From: Hypomesus transpacificus | Lineage: Eukaryota | Assembly (NCBI RefSeq): GCF_021917145.1 | Contig: NC_061076.1 | Coordinates: 13,032,768 to 13,096,767 of the forward strand | Length of the DNA: 64,000 nt | Direction of reading: 5' to 3' | Shown here: positions 63,346 to 64,000 of the stretch, piece after piece | How the letters are laid out: every line of letters begins with the position of its first letter | Numbering within the stretch: the first letter of the stretch is position 1 | Position numbers and translations under genes: made by a program | Notes under the pieces: model-generated | The model's database searches: none | Told to the model about the DNA's origin: nothing | The model's input: only the letters and a program-made list of their open reading frames with translations

Positions 63346-64000
63346 GAATCCAGGATTCAGTTTTGGATTTGGCATAATATTGAGCTTTTTGACGGGGTTC
63401 GGTTTCGGCCGAACCTTTATTTTCTTTTTCACCAAACCCAAACCCTATGCTTGCACTACGCGCGCTACGCTGGTCGACATATTGACGCCGCCATTGATTA
63501 TGGGAAGGTGTTTACGTAGGTGGACAGTTCAATGTAGTAGGCTGAGAGAAAGTGAAAATGGAACTTGTGAGCAGAAAAAGTGTTGTTTGGCAGTACTTTC
63601 AGTCAAAAGAAGGCGATTCAAGTCGAGCTACATGTTCAATATCCTGTTTCCGGTCCAATCCCGCCCACGGGACAGAACTGAGCCCCCATCCTGCCCAAGT
63701 TACTGCGCATTCACTTCTAAAAATATATTTTTTGACTGCTACACATTCCATACATCATTGGAAAGCTACGATACTCGTGCTTGTATTGCTGTAATCCATT
63801 TCAAGATCAAGTTGCAACAGCAAGCACAGTCAATGTCTTTGTCCAGTCACAAATATGTAAACAAAGCAAAAGCAAACGACTCTACTCACCCTAAAAGGTA
63901 TGCAACAGATCCCAACAAACATGGACTGGTTACATTCCCAAATGTCCAAACTATCTAACCATGTCGAATAGTTCGATATTATATCCAACTTTATATCCAA

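Noticed and set aside
1-64000. Possibility of a novel prokaryotic or defence system, CRISPR array or operon
   Set aside because: The sequence has consensus GT/AG spliced exons of vertebrate genes (SH2B1, MVP), teleost LINE, SINE, Tc1 and hAT repeats, and no prokaryotic gene organisation. The tandem repeats present are minisatellites or transposon arms, not spacer-separated CRISPR repeats.
55286-64000. Search for the remaining mvp exons (SHQAGDHWLIRGPLEYVP..., and so on)
   Set aside because: I found no convincing match on the + strand. The region is dominated by LINE and hAT fragments. The next exon may lie beyond the window, or I may have missed a short exon by eye, so none is reported.

Overview
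This window is vertebrate nuclear DNA, clearly from a teleost fish, not a prokaryotic locus. I could support no CRISPR array, operon, rRNA or tRNA gene. Two conserved protein-coding genes lie on the + strand. The first is the 3' part of an SH2B-family adaptor gene, best matching SH2B1: two SH2-domain exons at 1-174 and 4322-4496, a 91-nt frame-shifting exon at 11518-11608, and a terminal exon from 12483. The second is the 5' half of major vault protein (mvp): seven coding exons between 44484 and about 55195, with the gene running off the window or into unresolved downstream sequence. In human, SH2B1 and MVP both map to 16p11.2, so the pair looks like conserved synteny. Everything else is a dense transposable-element landscape, listed below.

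- **Non-LTR retrotransposons (LINEs):** decayed copies of a teleost LINE with endonuclease plus reverse-transcriptase regions. One near-full-length copy with a broken frame sits inside mvp intron 4. There are also three copies of an L2-like LINE, one retaining an uninterrupted 724-aa reverse-transcriptase ORF, whose 3' tail is shared with SINE-like repeats.
- **DNA transposons:** Tc1-like transposon remnants and several hAT-type non-autonomous elements carrying BED zinc-finger remnants, some nested inside each other.
- **Other repeats:** long-TIR palindromic (foldback-like) elements, tRNA-derived SINEs, minisatellites and long homopolymer tracts.

The most notable points are the sh2b1-mvp linkage, the frame-switching alternative C-termini of sh2b1, an in-frame 120-nt mvp intron, the apparently young L2-like LINE with its SINE partner, and two large palindromic elements.
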